Shown here: positions 29,251 through 39,908 of the stretch, in pieces | Numbering within the stretch: the stretch's first letter is position 1 | Layout of the letters: every line of letters begins with the position of its first letter | NCBI GenBank assembly: GCA_902555665.1 | Contig: CACDTF010000004.1 | Coordinates: 3,834 to 67,833, forward strand | From: an uncultured Pelagibacteraceae bacterium | Lineage (GTDB): Bacteria > Pseudomonadota > Alphaproteobacteria > Pelagibacterales > Pelagibacteraceae | Direction of reading: 5' to 3' | Length of the DNA: 64,000 nucleotides | Notes under the pieces: model-generated | Database searches by the model: none | Told to the model about the DNA's origin: nothing | The model's input: the letters and a program-made list of their open reading frames with translations, nothing else | Translations under genes and position numbers: made by a program

Positions 29251-30162
29251 TTAATTATTTGTTAGTTCTTTGGCAAAAGGCATTGATGAAGCGGCACCTA
29301 ATCTTGTTGTTGAAATCCCCGCAACTTTATTTGCGAATGATAAAGCTTCTTTTATATCTAGATCATTTGCTAAACCCACAGCAAAAGCTCCATTAAATGC
29401 ATCTCCTGCTCCTGTTGTATCTAGAACAGCTTGTTTTAGTTTATATGCTTCCAAAAAAAAGTTTTCTTTTCCGTTTGAGAAATAAATACCTTTTTCACCT
29501 AAAGTAATAATCACATTTTTTACACCCTTTTTTAACAACTCATTAGCTGCATTTTTTATATCTTCACTTGTTTTAATTTTTTTATTTAAATAAAATTCAG
29601 CCTCTGTTTCATTAGGAGTAAAAAAATCTATTAATTTAAAATTATCCTCATCAATTTTACGTGCTGGCGCAGGATTTAAAATAGTTATACATTTAAGTTC
29701 TTTTGCTTTTTTTAATGCGTAAAAAGTAATTTCATCAGGAGTTTCCATTTGTGTCAAAAATATTTCTGAATTTTTAATTGTTTCAATTTTATTATCTAAA
29801 TCTTCAGCAACTAGATGTTCAGCTGCTCCAGAAACAACGTTGATAGCATTGTTCCCATCTTTATCGATCATGATGCCAGCAACTCCTGTAAAAAGTTTTT
29901 CATCTTGAATAATTGAATGAGTTTTTACTCCAGCTTCCTTATAAAGATTAAATGCCATTTCAGAATGACTATCTTTACCAATTTTGGTTATAAAACTAAC
30001 TTCTCCGTTCAATCTAGCAGCTGCGATCGCCTGATTTGATCCTTTTCCACCTGGACCTACTACATGTTTTTTTCCTAAAATTGTTTGACCTTTGCTAGGG
30101 ATTCTATCTCCAATAAAACATAAATCTGCTACAAAAACTCCTAATATAGAAATAGATTTCAT
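29251..30162 (-). CDS. rbsK: Ribokinase (PfkB family)
   Basis: PGGKGSNQA.AAARL, LNPAPA, PNETEA, DTTGAGDAFNG. Confidence 0.88.
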   Translation of the reverse strand: MKSISILGVFVADLCFIGDRIPSKGQTILGKKHVVGPGGKGSNQAIAAARLNGEVSFITKIGKDSHSEMAFNLYKEAGVKTHSIIQDEKLFTGVAGIMIDKDGNNAINVVSGAAEHLVAEDLDNKIETIKNSEIFLTQMETPDEITFYALKKAKELKCITILNPAPARKIDEDNFKLIDFFTPNETEAEFYLNKKIKTSEDIKNAANELLKKGVKNVIITLGEKGIYFSNGKENFFLEAYKLKQAVLDTTGAGDAFNGAFAVGLANDLDIKEALSFANKVAGISTTRLGAASSMPFAKELTNN

Positions 30163-30172
30163 TAATTAAATT

Positions 30173-30634
30173 TTATGACCAAACCTTGCCGTCTGGTAAA
30201 ATTACACCTTTAGTTAAAACAAAACATCCAAAAGGTCTAGCATCTGTAGTTGTAACTATACAGTATGCTTTTTTTGCTTCTTCATAAAAATCTTGCCTAG
30301 ATATTGAACCAACTTTCCAATTTATTCCTGAAACATTTTTAACTACATCAATAAATTCCTTATGCGTCTCTGTTAATTCATCCGGTTTGTCATCCACTTC
30401 CATTCTCAAAGCTGGAGATCCACCCTGTGTAACAATAAAACTATCAAGAGGAAAAACTGAAAGAATTGCTGAGGCTGCTTCTTTAATCCCAACTCCGTCT
30501 AATCTTATTACTTTGTCATTAGAAGTATTTGCAGGAAAATTTGCATCAGCTAAAATTAATTTTTCTCCATGACCCATGGATCTTAGATGAAATAATAATT
30601 CAGGGCTTAAAACTGGATTAATATTTATTAACAT
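30173..30634 (-). CDS. RbsD/FucU family sugar mutarotase/pyranase
   Basis: LSPELL..LRSMGHGE...LADANFP, R..FYE.AK, LTKGV. Confidence 0.9.
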   Translation of the reverse strand: MLININPVLSPELLFHLRSMGHGEKLILADANFPANTSNDKVIRLDGVGIKEAASAILSVFPLDSFIVTQGGSPALRMEVDDKPDELTETHKEFIDVVKNVSGINWKVGSISRQDFYEEAKKAYCIVTTTDARPFGCFVLTKGVILPDGKVWS

Positions 30635-30652
30635 TAAAATATTATATTACAT

Positions 30653-30688
30653 AAAAAAAAAGGGTGGAATTAAATTCCACCCTTTTTT
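30653..30688 (-). terminator. Rho-independent terminator after the binding-protein gene
   Basis: AAAAAAGGGTGGAAT-TAA-ATTCCACCCTTTTTT. Confidence 0.88.
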
Positions 30689-30706
30689 ATTTAATTTAAA
30701 TAACGA

Positions 30707-31630
30707 CTATTTAAACTCGTTAGCGTTTTCTTTTGTTACTAATTGTGTTCCAGTATCAATATTTGGATCAATACTTCCACCATTAGCTAGTTCTAGGGCA
30801 TATTTAACTCCGTATGCACCCATGTTGTAAGAAAACTGCGCAATTGTTGCTGTCATCTCACCTTTTAAGATACTTGTAGCTGCATCTGGAGTAGCATCAA
30901 AACCTACAACAATTACATTGTTCATATCAGCATCTTTTAGAGCTTGCATAGCTCCTAAACCCATGTTGTCATTTGAAGCAAAGATTGCTTTTATGTTTGG
31001 ATTTTTTAAGATGATTGACTCAGTTACTGATCTTCCCTTAGCAGTATCCCACTCAGCAGTTTGAGTTGCTACAATATTTAATCCACAATTTTTGAAGCCT
31101 TTAATTGCACCATCTCTTCTAAGTAAAGCTGTGGATTGAGATTCAATACCAGTTAAAATTGCAACGTCAGATCCTTTTGCTGTTTTATCACAAATGAACT
31201 TAGCTGCTAACTCTGCACCATTCATGTTGTTTGTTCCGATAAAAGTTACACCTTCGTTTATTCCTTTTGTGTCAACAAACACAACTGGAACTCCACTTTT
31301 TATTGCATCATCTACGATTGGAGCAAAGGCATTTGGATCTCCTGGAGCTAATGCAATTGCATCAACACCTTTTGCAAGTTGATCCTCTACTTGGTTAATC
31401 TGAGCTTGAACATCACCTTCCTGTGGTGGTGCAACCAAAACAAGATCAACTCCTAATTTCGCTGCTTCTTCTTTAGCTCCTTTTTCTACAGATGCCCAGA
31501 AAGGATTACCTGAACCAGGTCCTTTGATACTGAATAATATTTTTTTTCCAGCAAATGCTCCTGTTGAAAAACTTGCTAATAGAAAAACAGAAGTAATAAT
31601 AACACTAATAATTTTTGTTAAGTTCTTCAT
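30707..31630 (-). CDS. Monosaccharide/polyol ABC substrate-binding protein (RbsB-like)
   Basis: NPFW, GVPVVFVD, FASNDNMGLGA, VVGFDA. Confidence 0.92.
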   Translation of the reverse strand: MKNLTKIISVIITSVFLLASFSTGAFAGKKILFSIKGPGSGNPFWASVEKGAKEEAAKLGVDLVLVAPPQEGDVQAQINQVEDQLAKGVDAIALAPGDPNAFAPIVDDAIKSGVPVVFVDTKGINEGVTFIGTNNMNGAELAAKFICDKTAKGSDVAILTGIESQSTALLRRDGAIKGFKNCGLNIVATQTAEWDTAKGRSVTESIILKNPNIKAIFASNDNMGLGAMQALKDADMNNVIVVGFDATPDAATSILKGEMTATIAQFSYNMGAYGVKYALELANGGSIDPNIDTGTQLVTKENANEFK

Positions 31631-31741
31631 TTATTTTCCCCTTAGTTGTTTTTAAAAATTAAATTTAATATAAAAATTTATTGAAATTCAACTGTTAATA
31701 AGAACAGTTCTAAATAAGATTAAACAACTTTTACGTGTAAA

Positions 31742-32755
31742 TTACTTTCTCGTTCCTATGTCTCTTCTTAGGACATCGATGTATACCGCTAACACTATAA
31801 TTGAACCAATTAATACTTGCTGCCAAAAAGAACTTACATCCATTAAATTTAATCCATTCCTCAAAATTCCCATTATCATTACGCCAGCAAAAACCCCCAG
31901 TACAGTTCCTCTTCCTCCAAAAAAACTTGCTCCCCCAATAATACAGGCAGCTATCGCATCAAGTTCTGATTGAAGTCCAGCATTTGGATAGCCAGAGTCT
32001 GTTCTCCCTGCTAAAATTAAAGCACCAATACCTGACAAAAAACCACACAAAGAATAAACAATAACTAAAATTTTGTTTACATTTATTCCAGAGGCTCTTG
32101 CTGCGTTTGGGTTGCCTCCAATTGCATAAATCCATTTTCCTGTTTTACTCTTATTTAGAAAAATCCAAAAAATTATATAAACGATTGCAATTAATACTAA
32201 GCTCACAGGTAAGTATTGTGATTTTTCTAATCCTAACCATTGAAGATCAATCCTTCCATGTCCTAAATATCTAACTTCATCTGTAAAACCACTTATGGGA
32301 GTTCCACCTGAAATCAAATTTCCTGTACCTCTAAAAATATACAAGGTACCTAATGTCATTATAAAAGGATGTGGCATCCGTAACAAAGTAATACCTAAGC
32401 CATTAAACAGCCCGCATAAAAAACCTGCAATCAGTGGAGTAAGCACTACAATGAACCATGGGGCTCCTGCTTTTGCTACGACAGCTAAAATCATTAGAGA
32501 TAACATCATTATTGAACCGACTGAGAGATCAATTCCAGCGGTGACAATTACCATAAAGACACCTAAAGCAAGCATTGACTGCCAAGATATTTGTTTAAAT
32601 ACGTTAGTAACATTTCTCCAAGATAGAAAAACATCTGGTTGCAAAATATGCATTACCAAAATCATAAGAACTAATAAAAGAAGTATTCCGTATTTTTCAA
32701 AATATGGAATTAACTTTAAGTGAAGGCTTTCTATTTTTTTGTCTTTATCTTCCAT
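31742..32755 (-). CDS. Monosaccharide ABC permease (RbsC-like)
   Basis: GIDLSVGS, PFIMTLG, YAIGGN..AA..SGI, ELDAIAA.IIGG; start moved to 32755. Confidence 0.92.
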   Translation of the reverse strand: MEDKDKKIESLHLKLIPYFEKYGILLLLVLMILVMHILQPDVFLSWRNVTNVFKQISWQSMLALGVFMVIVTAGIDLSVGSIMMLSLMILAVVAKAGAPWFIVVLTPLIAGFLCGLFNGLGITLLRMPHPFIMTLGTLYIFRGTGNLISGGTPISGFTDEVRYLGHGRIDLQWLGLEKSQYLPVSLVLIAIVYIIFWIFLNKSKTGKWIYAIGGNPNAARASGINVNKILVIVYSLCGFLSGIGALILAGRTDSGYPNAGLQSELDAIAACIIGGASFFGGRGTVLGVFAGVMIMGILRNGLNLMDVSSFWQQVLIGSIIVLAVYIDVLRRDIGTRK

Positions 32756-32756
32756 A

Positions 32757-33506
32757 TTATTTTTTACCCATAATCCAACCAATTACTTCATCTCTTGAAG
32801 TATTTGAAAGTTTAGCTTCTGCAAAATTTGTACCTTGAAACAAAGCCATTACACGATCACAAACTGTGAATATATCATCCATTCTATGACTTATAACAAT
32901 TACTCCTACTCCAGTTTTTTTTAAACTGTTAATTAGATCTAAAACTTTACCAACTTCCTTTATCGCTAATGCAGCAGTTGGTTCATCCATAATTACAACT
33001 TTTGCATTAAAGGCTGTTGATCTTGCAATTGCAACCGCTTGTCTTTGACCACCAGAAAGCTCTTCTACTTTTTGATCAGCACTTTTTACATTTATCTTTA
33101 ACTTGTCTAAGTGAGCATTGGTAAGTTCTTTTATTTTATTAAAATCTAACAACTTCAAAAAACCTAAATTTTTGGTTGGTTCTCTTCCTAAAAATATATT
33201 TTCTCCAATAGGTAAATTGCCTGCTAAAGCAAGGTCTTGGTAGACCATTTCTAGACCTAAATTTTGAGAATCTCTTGGGCTCTCTAGTGTTTCTTCTTTA
33301 CCTTGAAAAAACAAAGAACCTGAACTTGGTTTATATAGTCCAGACAAAACTTTCATTAATGTAGATTTACCCGCTCCGTTATCCCCAACGACGCCAAGGC
33401 ATTCTCCGGCATGAACTTTTAAGTTAACATTTTCTAAAGCTGTAATAGTTCCAAAATATTTTGTTATTCCTTTTGCTTCTAGAAGTAGATTACTTGTAGT
33501 TGACAT
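32757..33506 (-). CDS. Monosaccharide ABC ATP-binding protein (single domain, FrcA-like)
   Basis: [31 protein letters not shown]; start moved to 33506. Confidence 0.92.
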   Translation of the reverse strand: MSTTSNLLLEAKGITKYFGTITALENVNLKVHAGECLGVVGDNGAGKSTLMKVLSGLYKPSSGSLFFQGKEETLESPRDSQNLGLEMVYQDLALAGNLPIGENIFLGREPTKNLGFLKLLDFNKIKELTNAHLDKLKINVKSADQKVEELSGGQRQAVAIARSTAFNAKVVIMDEPTAALAIKEVGKVLDLINSLKKTGVGVIVISHRMDDIFTVCDRVMALFQGTNFAEAKLSNTSRDEVIGWIMGKK

Positions 33507-33528
33507 AAGTAATGAAATTATAAAAATA

Positions 33529-34551
33529 TCAATTAATTGCAACAGGTTTTGATGCCAGTAAACCTACTGTCTTTAGTTCAGCCTTTTTACAAAATTTTGG
33601 TTTTAGATTTTTCGAAATTAAATTCATGTCTTTTAAAACTATATCCCCCATACTAAAAAACGCTTCAGTCAATGCTCCTGCTCTGTGTGCTGAAAACAAA
33701 ATATTTTTAACTTTTCTAATTGGGTCATTTTTTCTCACTGGTTCTTTAGGGAAAACATCTGTTGCTACATAAATATCTCCTTTTTTAACTCTCTTGATTA
33801 GGTCTTTAAAATTTACAACTGCTGCTCTACTCATTAATATGAATAAAGAGTTAGGTTTCATTTTATTTATTAAACTTTTGTTTATTAAATTTTTATTTTT
33901 GGTTGTTACCGCTGCTAAAATATAAATAATTTCACATTTTTTAAACATTTGACTTAAATTAACCGGATTAAAACCGAAACTTTTAATTTTACTCTTTGAT
34001 AACCAGGGGTCATAAACATTTATATCTTTAGTGAACGGAAGTAACATTGGATATAAAGATTTCGCTAAATCACCAAAGCCAAGTAATCCAACCTTTCTTC
34101 CTGATAAAAGTGAAGCTTTTAAGTTACTTTCTAATCCATATTTTTCTCTACCTTTTACAAAATCAAAATGAGCATTATGAATGTTTCTTAATAAAGAAAG
34201 TGTCATTCCTAAAGCAATTTCAGCAACAGGTTTTGAAAATACTGGCGAAGTTGCTATAACATAAATTCCTTTCTTAGCGCAAAAAGCATAATCAACATTG
34301 TTCATAAAGTTACTCTCAACATTTATTATTGCTTTTAATTTTTTTGCTTTAGACAAAAGTTTTTTATCTAAATCAGGTTGACCCATTATAAAAGTAACCT
34401 TTTCGATATTATTTTCGTAAAACTGTCTCTTATTTTTATTCGGTGCTATTAAAACTTTATATTTTGTTTTTAATTCTTTTAGTTTCTTTTTTGTAAAAAT
34501 AAGATCTAATGTTCTTGGAAAAGGATCGGATATAACAATTGGTTTTTTCAT
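33529..34551 (-). CDS. D-2-hydroxyacid dehydrogenase family protein
   Basis: GLLGFGDLA, YDPWL, SRAAVV, DVFPKEP, SAHRAG. Confidence 0.88.
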   Translation of the reverse strand: MKKPIVISDPFPRTLDLIFTKKKLKELKTKYKVLIAPNKNKRQFYENNIEKVTFIMGQPDLDKKLLSKAKKLKAIINVESNFMNNVDYAFCAKKGIYVIATSPVFSKPVAEIALGMTLSLLRNIHNAHFDFVKGREKYGLESNLKASLLSGRKVGLLGFGDLAKSLYPMLLPFTKDINVYDPWLSKSKIKSFGFNPVNLSQMFKKCEIIYILAAVTTKNKNLINKSLINKMKPNSLFILMSRAAVVNFKDLIKRVKKGDIYVATDVFPKEPVRKNDPIRKVKNILFSAHRAGALTEAFFSMGDIVLKDMNLISKNLKPKFCKKAELKTVGLLASKPVAIN

Positions 34552-34570
34552 TAAACTTATAACAAACTTA

Positions 34571-35728
34571 TTAATTAATTATTTTTTTTATTTCTTCTAA
34601 AGTAAACGGTTTTGGTTTTTTGCATGTTGTCTTTATTTCTTGTGGTATTCCTGTCTGAGAAGCTCTCATTGTAGAATCAATTATATCTAAAACATGAAGA
34701 GATAATTCTCCATTACATCTATGCTCTAAATTATTTTCAATTGCATAAGCCATTTCTGATAAACCAGCCCCTCTGTAGTTTGCATTTGTAGGCGATTCAT
34801 TTGCTCTTGCACTCTGACTCTTTATATTAATTTTTCCTAAAGGCATCATGTCTGTTTTGTGTTCTCCCCAATTACCTCCAGCAGTAACTGAAACAAAAGC
34901 AGATCCACCAAACATATTGGGATCTGGAACAATTATTGAACCCTTGTTACCATAAAGCTCAATATGATTTCTTTGATGTGCAACAACATCGAATGATAAG
35001 GTGATTTGAATTATACAATCGTTTTCAAACTGAATTGTTGCTAAATAAGTGGTTGGTGTTTCAACTTTAAATTTTTGACCTTTTTTTGGACCAATTCCGA
35101 TTTCTCTTTCTTCAAAAACTTTTGTACATCTTCCTTGCACTTGTTTTGCTGGTCCAATTAAATTTACTAATGCAGTAAAATAATATGGGCCCATATCAAT
35201 TACAGGTCCACCTTCATTTTCTGCAAACCAACTCTCTGGATTTGGATGATAGGATTGTACACCTGGAAATGCAAATATAGCATTTCCTAATTTAATATCA
35301 CCAATTACACCGTTATCAATTAACTCTCTAGTTTTTTGAATTCCCCCGCCTAAAAAAGTATCTGGAGCATTTCCAATATAAAGATTTTTTTCTTTTGCTA
35401 GCTCAAGTAGTTTTTTTCCATCTTCAAAATTTACTGCCATTGGTTTTTCAGCATAAGAATGTTTTCTATTTTCAAGAGCCATTTTAGAAACTTCATAATG
35501 TGCTCCAGGTATCGTAAGATTTAAAATTATTTCAATTTCTTTGTCTTTTAAAAGTTCTTCTACAGTTACTGCTTCAATATTATAGTGAATTGCACACTTT
35601 TTAGCAGCTTCCATGTTTATATCTGCACATTTAACTATTCTGATATTATTAAAGTATTCCTGGGCTCTAAAATAAGTTTCAGAAATATGACCACAGCCAA
35701 TAAGACCGACTTTAAAAATTTTATTCAT
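34571..35728 (-). CDS. Gfo/Idh/MocA oxidoreductase
   Basis: GLIGCGHIS, EKPM, APDTFLG, GGPVIDMGPYY. Confidence 0.9.
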   Translation of the reverse strand: MNKIFKVGLIGCGHISETYFRAQEYFNNIRIVKCADINMEAAKKCAIHYNIEAVTVEELLKDKEIEIILNLTIPGAHYEVSKMALENRKHSYAEKPMAVNFEDGKKLLELAKEKNLYIGNAPDTFLGGGIQKTRELIDNGVIGDIKLGNAIFAFPGVQSYHPNPESWFAENEGGPVIDMGPYYFTALVNLIGPAKQVQGRCTKVFEEREIGIGPKKGQKFKVETPTTYLATIQFENDCIIQITLSFDVVAHQRNHIELYGNKGSIIVPDPNMFGGSAFVSVTAGGNWGEHKTDMMPLGKINIKSQSARANESPTNANYRGAGLSEMAYAIENNLEHRCNGELSLHVLDIIDSTMRASQTGIPQEIKTTCKKPKPFTLEEIKKIIN

Positions 35729-35734
35729 AAAGGT

Positions 35735-37579
35735 TTATACACCTTGTCTTTGTTTGCCTTTACCTTCTTTATAAAGTTTTAAAGCTTCTTCATTTTCTTT
35801 GGTAGTCGGAATTTCGAGTGTTGGGCTATCCCAAAAAGCTGATCCTTCAACCCATTTATAAGCATGAGTTTTTATTGAAATGACATAAGTTACATCAGAA
35901 GCTTTTGCTCTCTTAAATGCGGCTTCAAGATCTGAAATTGAATTAACATGTTCAGATTTAGCTCCCATACTTTCTGCATGTTTTGCAAAATCAACATCCA
36001 CTAATCCAGGTGTATTAGAACTCTTTAATAAGTTATTATATTCTTTACCACCTTTAAATAATTGAAGTCGATTAATAACTGCAAACCCACCATTATCACA
36101 AACTATAATTATTAATTTATTTTTTGTAATAACTGACGAATATATATCTGTGTTATTTAAAAGATAAGAACCATCTCCTACAAAAGAAATTACCTCTTTA
36201 TCTGGATTTGCCATTTTGATTCCAAGTGCTCCAGAAATTTCATAACTCATACAACTAAACCCCCACTCTGTTTCATGGGTATTTAGTTCTCTGGGTCTCC
36301 AAACTTGAACAACTTCACCAACTAAACCTCCTGCTGCAGTAACAGCAATATCTGTTGGGTCAGAGTTTCTGTAAATTGCGCCAATTACCTGAACATAACT
36401 TGGGATCTCTTGATTCGTAGGCGCGCTTTCTTTATCTATATGTTCATTCCATGATTTGAGTTCAGTTTGAGATTTTTTATTCCATTCATCTCCAGCTTTC
36501 CAACTACCTAAAGCTTGCGAAAGCTCAGTTAATGAAACTTTAGCATCTCCAATTACAGCTTGCGCTAAATGTTTATTAGCATCAAATCTTGATACATTTA
36601 TTGAAACTAGTTTAAAATTTTCGTTTTCAAAATTTGCCCATGAACCAGTTGTAAAATCTGCAAGTTTAGTTCCAACCGCAATTGCTAAATCTGTTTCTTT
36701 TGCTAAAGTATTTGTATTTTTTCCACCTAAACCACCAATCTGGCCTGCAAAATGAGAATGGTGTCTTTTCATTGTAGAATATCCCATTACAGTTTGAGTG
36801 ACTGGTATGTTATGTTTAATTGCAAATTGACTTAACTCATCCATTGCATCTGAGTAAAAAACTCCACCACCAGAAATTAAAATTGGATTTTTAGATGACT
36901 TAATTTTTTCTGCTGCCTCTTTGATTTGAAATTCATCTGGTCTTGGTCTTCTAATCGCATGTACTCTTTCTTTAAAAAATTCTTCAGGGTAATCAAAGGT
37001 TTGACCTTGTATATCTTGACTTAAAGCTATACATGCAGGACCGCAATCCGCAGGATCTAACATTGTTTGAACTGCTGCTGGGAATGATTGAATAATCTGT
37101 TCTGGTCTAGTTATTCGATCAAAATATCTTGTTACAGGTTTAAATGCATCATTGGCTGTTATTCCTGGATTATTAAAATGCTCAACTTGTTGTAAAACTG
37201 GATCTGGCATTCTATTTGCATAGGTGTCTCCAGGTAAAAATAAAATTGGCAATCTGTTACTCATAGCAACTGCAGCAGCTGTAACCATATTTGTTGCCCC
37301 AGGTCCAACAGAGGATGTTGCTATAAAAATTTGTTGTCTTCTTTTAGCTCTTGCATAACCAATTCCAGTAAGAGCCATATTTTGTTCATGGTGTCCTCTG
37401 TAAGTTGGAAGATCTTTTTGATTTTCTTCTAGTGCTTGACCTAAACAAGCTACATTACCATGTCCAAAAATTCCAAAGACACCTGGAAATAAAGGTTCTT
37501 TTTTACCATTAATTAATATTTTTTGAGCAATTAAATATTTAACAATTGCATGAGCACAAGTAAGGGTAATTTTCTTCAT
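35735..37579 (-). CDS. iolD: THcHDO hydrolase (ThDP-dependent inositol ring opening)
   Basis: IFGHGNV, EQNMA, TSSVGPGATNMVTAA, PDPVLQQVE, GFSCMSYEI, GDGSYL. Confidence 0.96.
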   Translation of the reverse strand: MKKITLTCAHAIVKYLIAQKILINGKKEPLFPGVFGIFGHGNVACLGQALEENQKDLPTYRGHHEQNMALTGIGYARAKRRQQIFIATSSVGPGATNMVTAAAVAMSNRLPILFLPGDTYANRMPDPVLQQVEHFNNPGITANDAFKPVTRYFDRITRPEQIIQSFPAAVQTMLDPADCGPACIALSQDIQGQTFDYPEEFFKERVHAIRRPRPDEFQIKEAAEKIKSSKNPILISGGGVFYSDAMDELSQFAIKHNIPVTQTVMGYSTMKRHHSHFAGQIGGLGGKNTNTLAKETDLAIAVGTKLADFTTGSWANFENENFKLVSINVSRFDANKHLAQAVIGDAKVSLTELSQALGSWKAGDEWNKKSQTELKSWNEHIDKESAPTNQEIPSYVQVIGAIYRNSDPTDIAVTAAGGLVGEVVQVWRPRELNTHETEWGFSCMSYEISGALGIKMANPDKEVISFVGDGSYLLNNTDIYSSVITKNKLIIIVCDNGGFAVINRLQLFKGGKEYNNLLKSSNTPGLVDVDFAKHAESMGAKSEHVNSISDLEAAFKRAKASDVTYVISIKTHAYKWVEGSAFWDSPTLEIPTTKENEEALKLYKEGKGKQRQGV

Positions 37580-37597
37580 AAATATGTATATCTTTTA

Positions 37598-37620
37598 ATA
37601 TGTATAGTGTTTATATATAA
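37598..37620. promoter_or_regulatory. Candidate operator, copy 1 (iolD / aldehyde dehydrogenase divergent region)
   Basis: ATATGTATA-gtgtt-TATATATAA; extra half-site ATATGTATA at 37582-37590. Confidence 0.65.
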
Positions 37621-37671
37621 TTCTATTTATAAATTAAAAAACCTAATTAAGTAAACTTAAAAATAAATTCT

Positions 37672-39114
37672 ATGTACGAAAAATTTGGACAATTCATTGA
37701 TGGTAAATGGCAACAAGCTGAAAAAAAAGAAACTTATGATGTAATCAACCCTGCAACTGAAGAAGTAATTGGAAAAGCATCTAAAGCTTCATCTATTGAG
37801 GTGCAAAAAGCATTAAAGTCAGCAGAAAAAGGTTTGGAAGTTTGGAAAAACACTGCACCATGGCAAAGAGCTTATATAATCAGAAAGATTGCTGATTTAA
37901 TAAGAGAAAGAAAAGATGTTATCGCTAAGTGGTTAACTTTAGAAGTTGGAAAACCATTGGCAGAAGGCGCAGGAGAGGCTGCGGGTGCTGCAGATATCTT
38001 TGAATGGAATGCGGAAGAAACAAAAAGAATTTATGGTCAAACTTTTCAAACTCGATTTCCTGAAACAAGAGGACATATATATTATCAGCCTGTTGGTGTA
38101 GTAGCAGCATTGATACCTTGGAATTTTCCAACACTTTTAGCAGCTAGAAAAATTTCGACAGCCTTAGCGGCTGGATGTTCTGTAATTTGTAAACCAGATG
38201 TAATCACACCAGGATCTGTAATGGAATTAATCAACATATGTAAAGACGCTGGTATTCCAGATGGAGTTGTGAATATGTTATCAGGAGATCCTGCTGAAAT
38301 TTCAAATGAATTAATGGAATCTGATATTGTTAAAAAAGTTTCCATAACCGGATCAACAAGAGTTGGAAAAATTATTTTAAAAAAAGCTGCTGAAAAAGTT
38401 CAAAGAGTTACTATGGAACTAAGTGGACATTCTCCGTTTATTGTTTGTGAAGATGTAGATATAAATAAAGTTGCCGATATAGCAATAACTGGAAAATTTA
38501 GAAATAATGGACAAGTTTGTATTTCACCTAATCGATTTTATATTCAAGAGAGTAAAAAAGATGAATTTGTTGGTGCTTTCATGGAAAGAGCAAAAAAATT
38601 AAAAATAGGAAATGGAATGGACGAGGGAGTTGTATTAGGTCCATTAAGTACTGCTAAAAGATTAGAGGAAATAGAAAAATTGGTCGAAACTACAAAAAAA
38701 GAAGGTGCCAAAGTACTGATGGGTGGAAAAAGACCATCTGGTTTCAATAAAGGATATTTTTATGAGCCAACTTTTTTTGATGATGTAAAGGATGATTTTA
38801 CGATAATGAAAGAAGAACCATTTGGTCCTCTTATTCCTATTTTGACATTCAAAACATTTGATGAAGTTTTGGAGAGAGCAAACAATAATAATTTAGGTTT
38901 ATGCAGTTATCTTTACACAAATTCAATGGAACAAGCACACATAGGTTCAGAAAAATTAGAGTCAGGTACTGTTGCAGTAAATACTGGTGTAGTTGCTGTT
39001 GCTGAAGCACCTTTTGGAGGAATAAAACAAACTGGTTATGGTCGTGAAGGTGGATCAGGTGCTATCAAAGATTATCTAAATGTGAAATATACTCACATGG
39101 GCTTAAAAATCTAA
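37672..39114 (+). CDS. NAD-dependent aldehyde dehydrogenase (GabD / 2,5-dioxopentanoate dehydrogenase AraE-like)
   Basis: PWNFP, GDPAEIS, TGST, MELSGHSP, KFRNNGQVCISP, EEPFGP, PFGG.K. Confidence 0.9.
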   Translation: MYEKFGQFIDGKWQQAEKKETYDVINPATEEVIGKASKASSIEVQKALKSAEKGLEVWKNTAPWQRAYIIRKIADLIRERKDVIAKWLTLEVGKPLAEGAGEAAGAADIFEWNAEETKRIYGQTFQTRFPETRGHIYYQPVGVVAALIPWNFPTLLAARKISTALAAGCSVICKPDVITPGSVMELINICKDAGIPDGVVNMLSGDPAEISNELMESDIVKKVSITGSTRVGKIILKKAAEKVQRVTMELSGHSPFIVCEDVDINKVADIAITGKFRNNGQVCISPNRFYIQESKKDEFVGAFMERAKKLKIGNGMDEGVVLGPLSTAKRLEEIEKLVETTKKEGAKVLMGGKRPSGFNKGYFYEPTFFDDVKDDFTIMKEEPFGPLIPILTFKTFDEVLERANNNNLGLCSYLYTNSMEQAHIGSEKLESGTVAVNTGVVAVAEAPFGGIKQTGYGREGGSGAIKDYLNVKYTHMGLKI

Positions 39115-39116
39115 AA

Positions 39117-39908
39117 ATGAGAAAAAATAAAGTTAAAGAAATGATGAAAGCGGGGAAACCTGTTATCAATGGTTGGCTTCAAATACCTAGTACTGTTTCA
39201 GCAGAAGTAATGGCCCATCAAGGTTGGGATTCTCTAACAATAGATATGCAACATGGCTTAGTTGATTACACTAATGCACTCCCAATGCTTCAAACAATTT
39301 CAACAACAGATGTAACTCCTTTGGCTAGAGTAAACTGGAATGAGCCAGGTCAAATAATGAAAATTCTAGATGCAGGTTGTTATGGAATTATATGTCCAAT
39401 GGTAAGTAATAAAGAAGAAGCAGAAAGATTTGTTCAAGCTTGCATGTACCCTCCTCGTGGTTATAGAAGTTTTGGTCCGGTTAGAGGATTAATCTATGGA
39501 GGTTCAGATTATGCAAAACATGCAAATGATGAAATGCTTAAACTAGCAATGATCGAAACAAAAGAGTCTTTAGAAAAATTAGATGAAATTATGTCAACAC
39601 CTGGCGTTGATGGAATTTATATTGGACCAGCTGATTTAAGTTTAGCAATAGGTGAAGAGCCTGGTTTTGATAAGGCAGAAAATACAAAGGCTTATTCGGA
39701 AATATTAAGAATATTAGAGCACGCAAAGAAGAACAATATATTTGCAGGCATTCATAATGGTACACCTGAATATGCACAAAAAATGATAGGTAAAGGTTTT
39801 AATTTTGTAACTATTGGAGCTGATCAGAGAGCTTTAAGTGCTGGTGCAAAAGCAGTTGTAGAAAAAATGAAAGGTTCTTCAAAAAAAGAAGATTCTAAAG
39901 CTTATTAA
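39117..39908 (+). CDS. HpcH/HpaI class II aldolase (4-hydroxy-2-oxoacid aldolase)
   Basis: IDMQHG, LDAG, YPPRGYRSFGP, MIET, IGPADL. Confidence 0.92.
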   Translation: MRKNKVKEMMKAGKPVINGWLQIPSTVSAEVMAHQGWDSLTIDMQHGLVDYTNALPMLQTISTTDVTPLARVNWNEPGQIMKILDAGCYGIICPMVSNKEEAERFVQACMYPPRGYRSFGPVRGLIYGGSDYAKHANDEMLKLAMIETKESLEKLDEIMSTPGVDGIYIGPADLSLAIGEEPGFDKAENTKAYSEILRILEHAKKNNIFAGIHNGTPEYAQKMIGKGFNFVTIGADQRALSAGAKAVVEKMKGSSKKEDSKAY

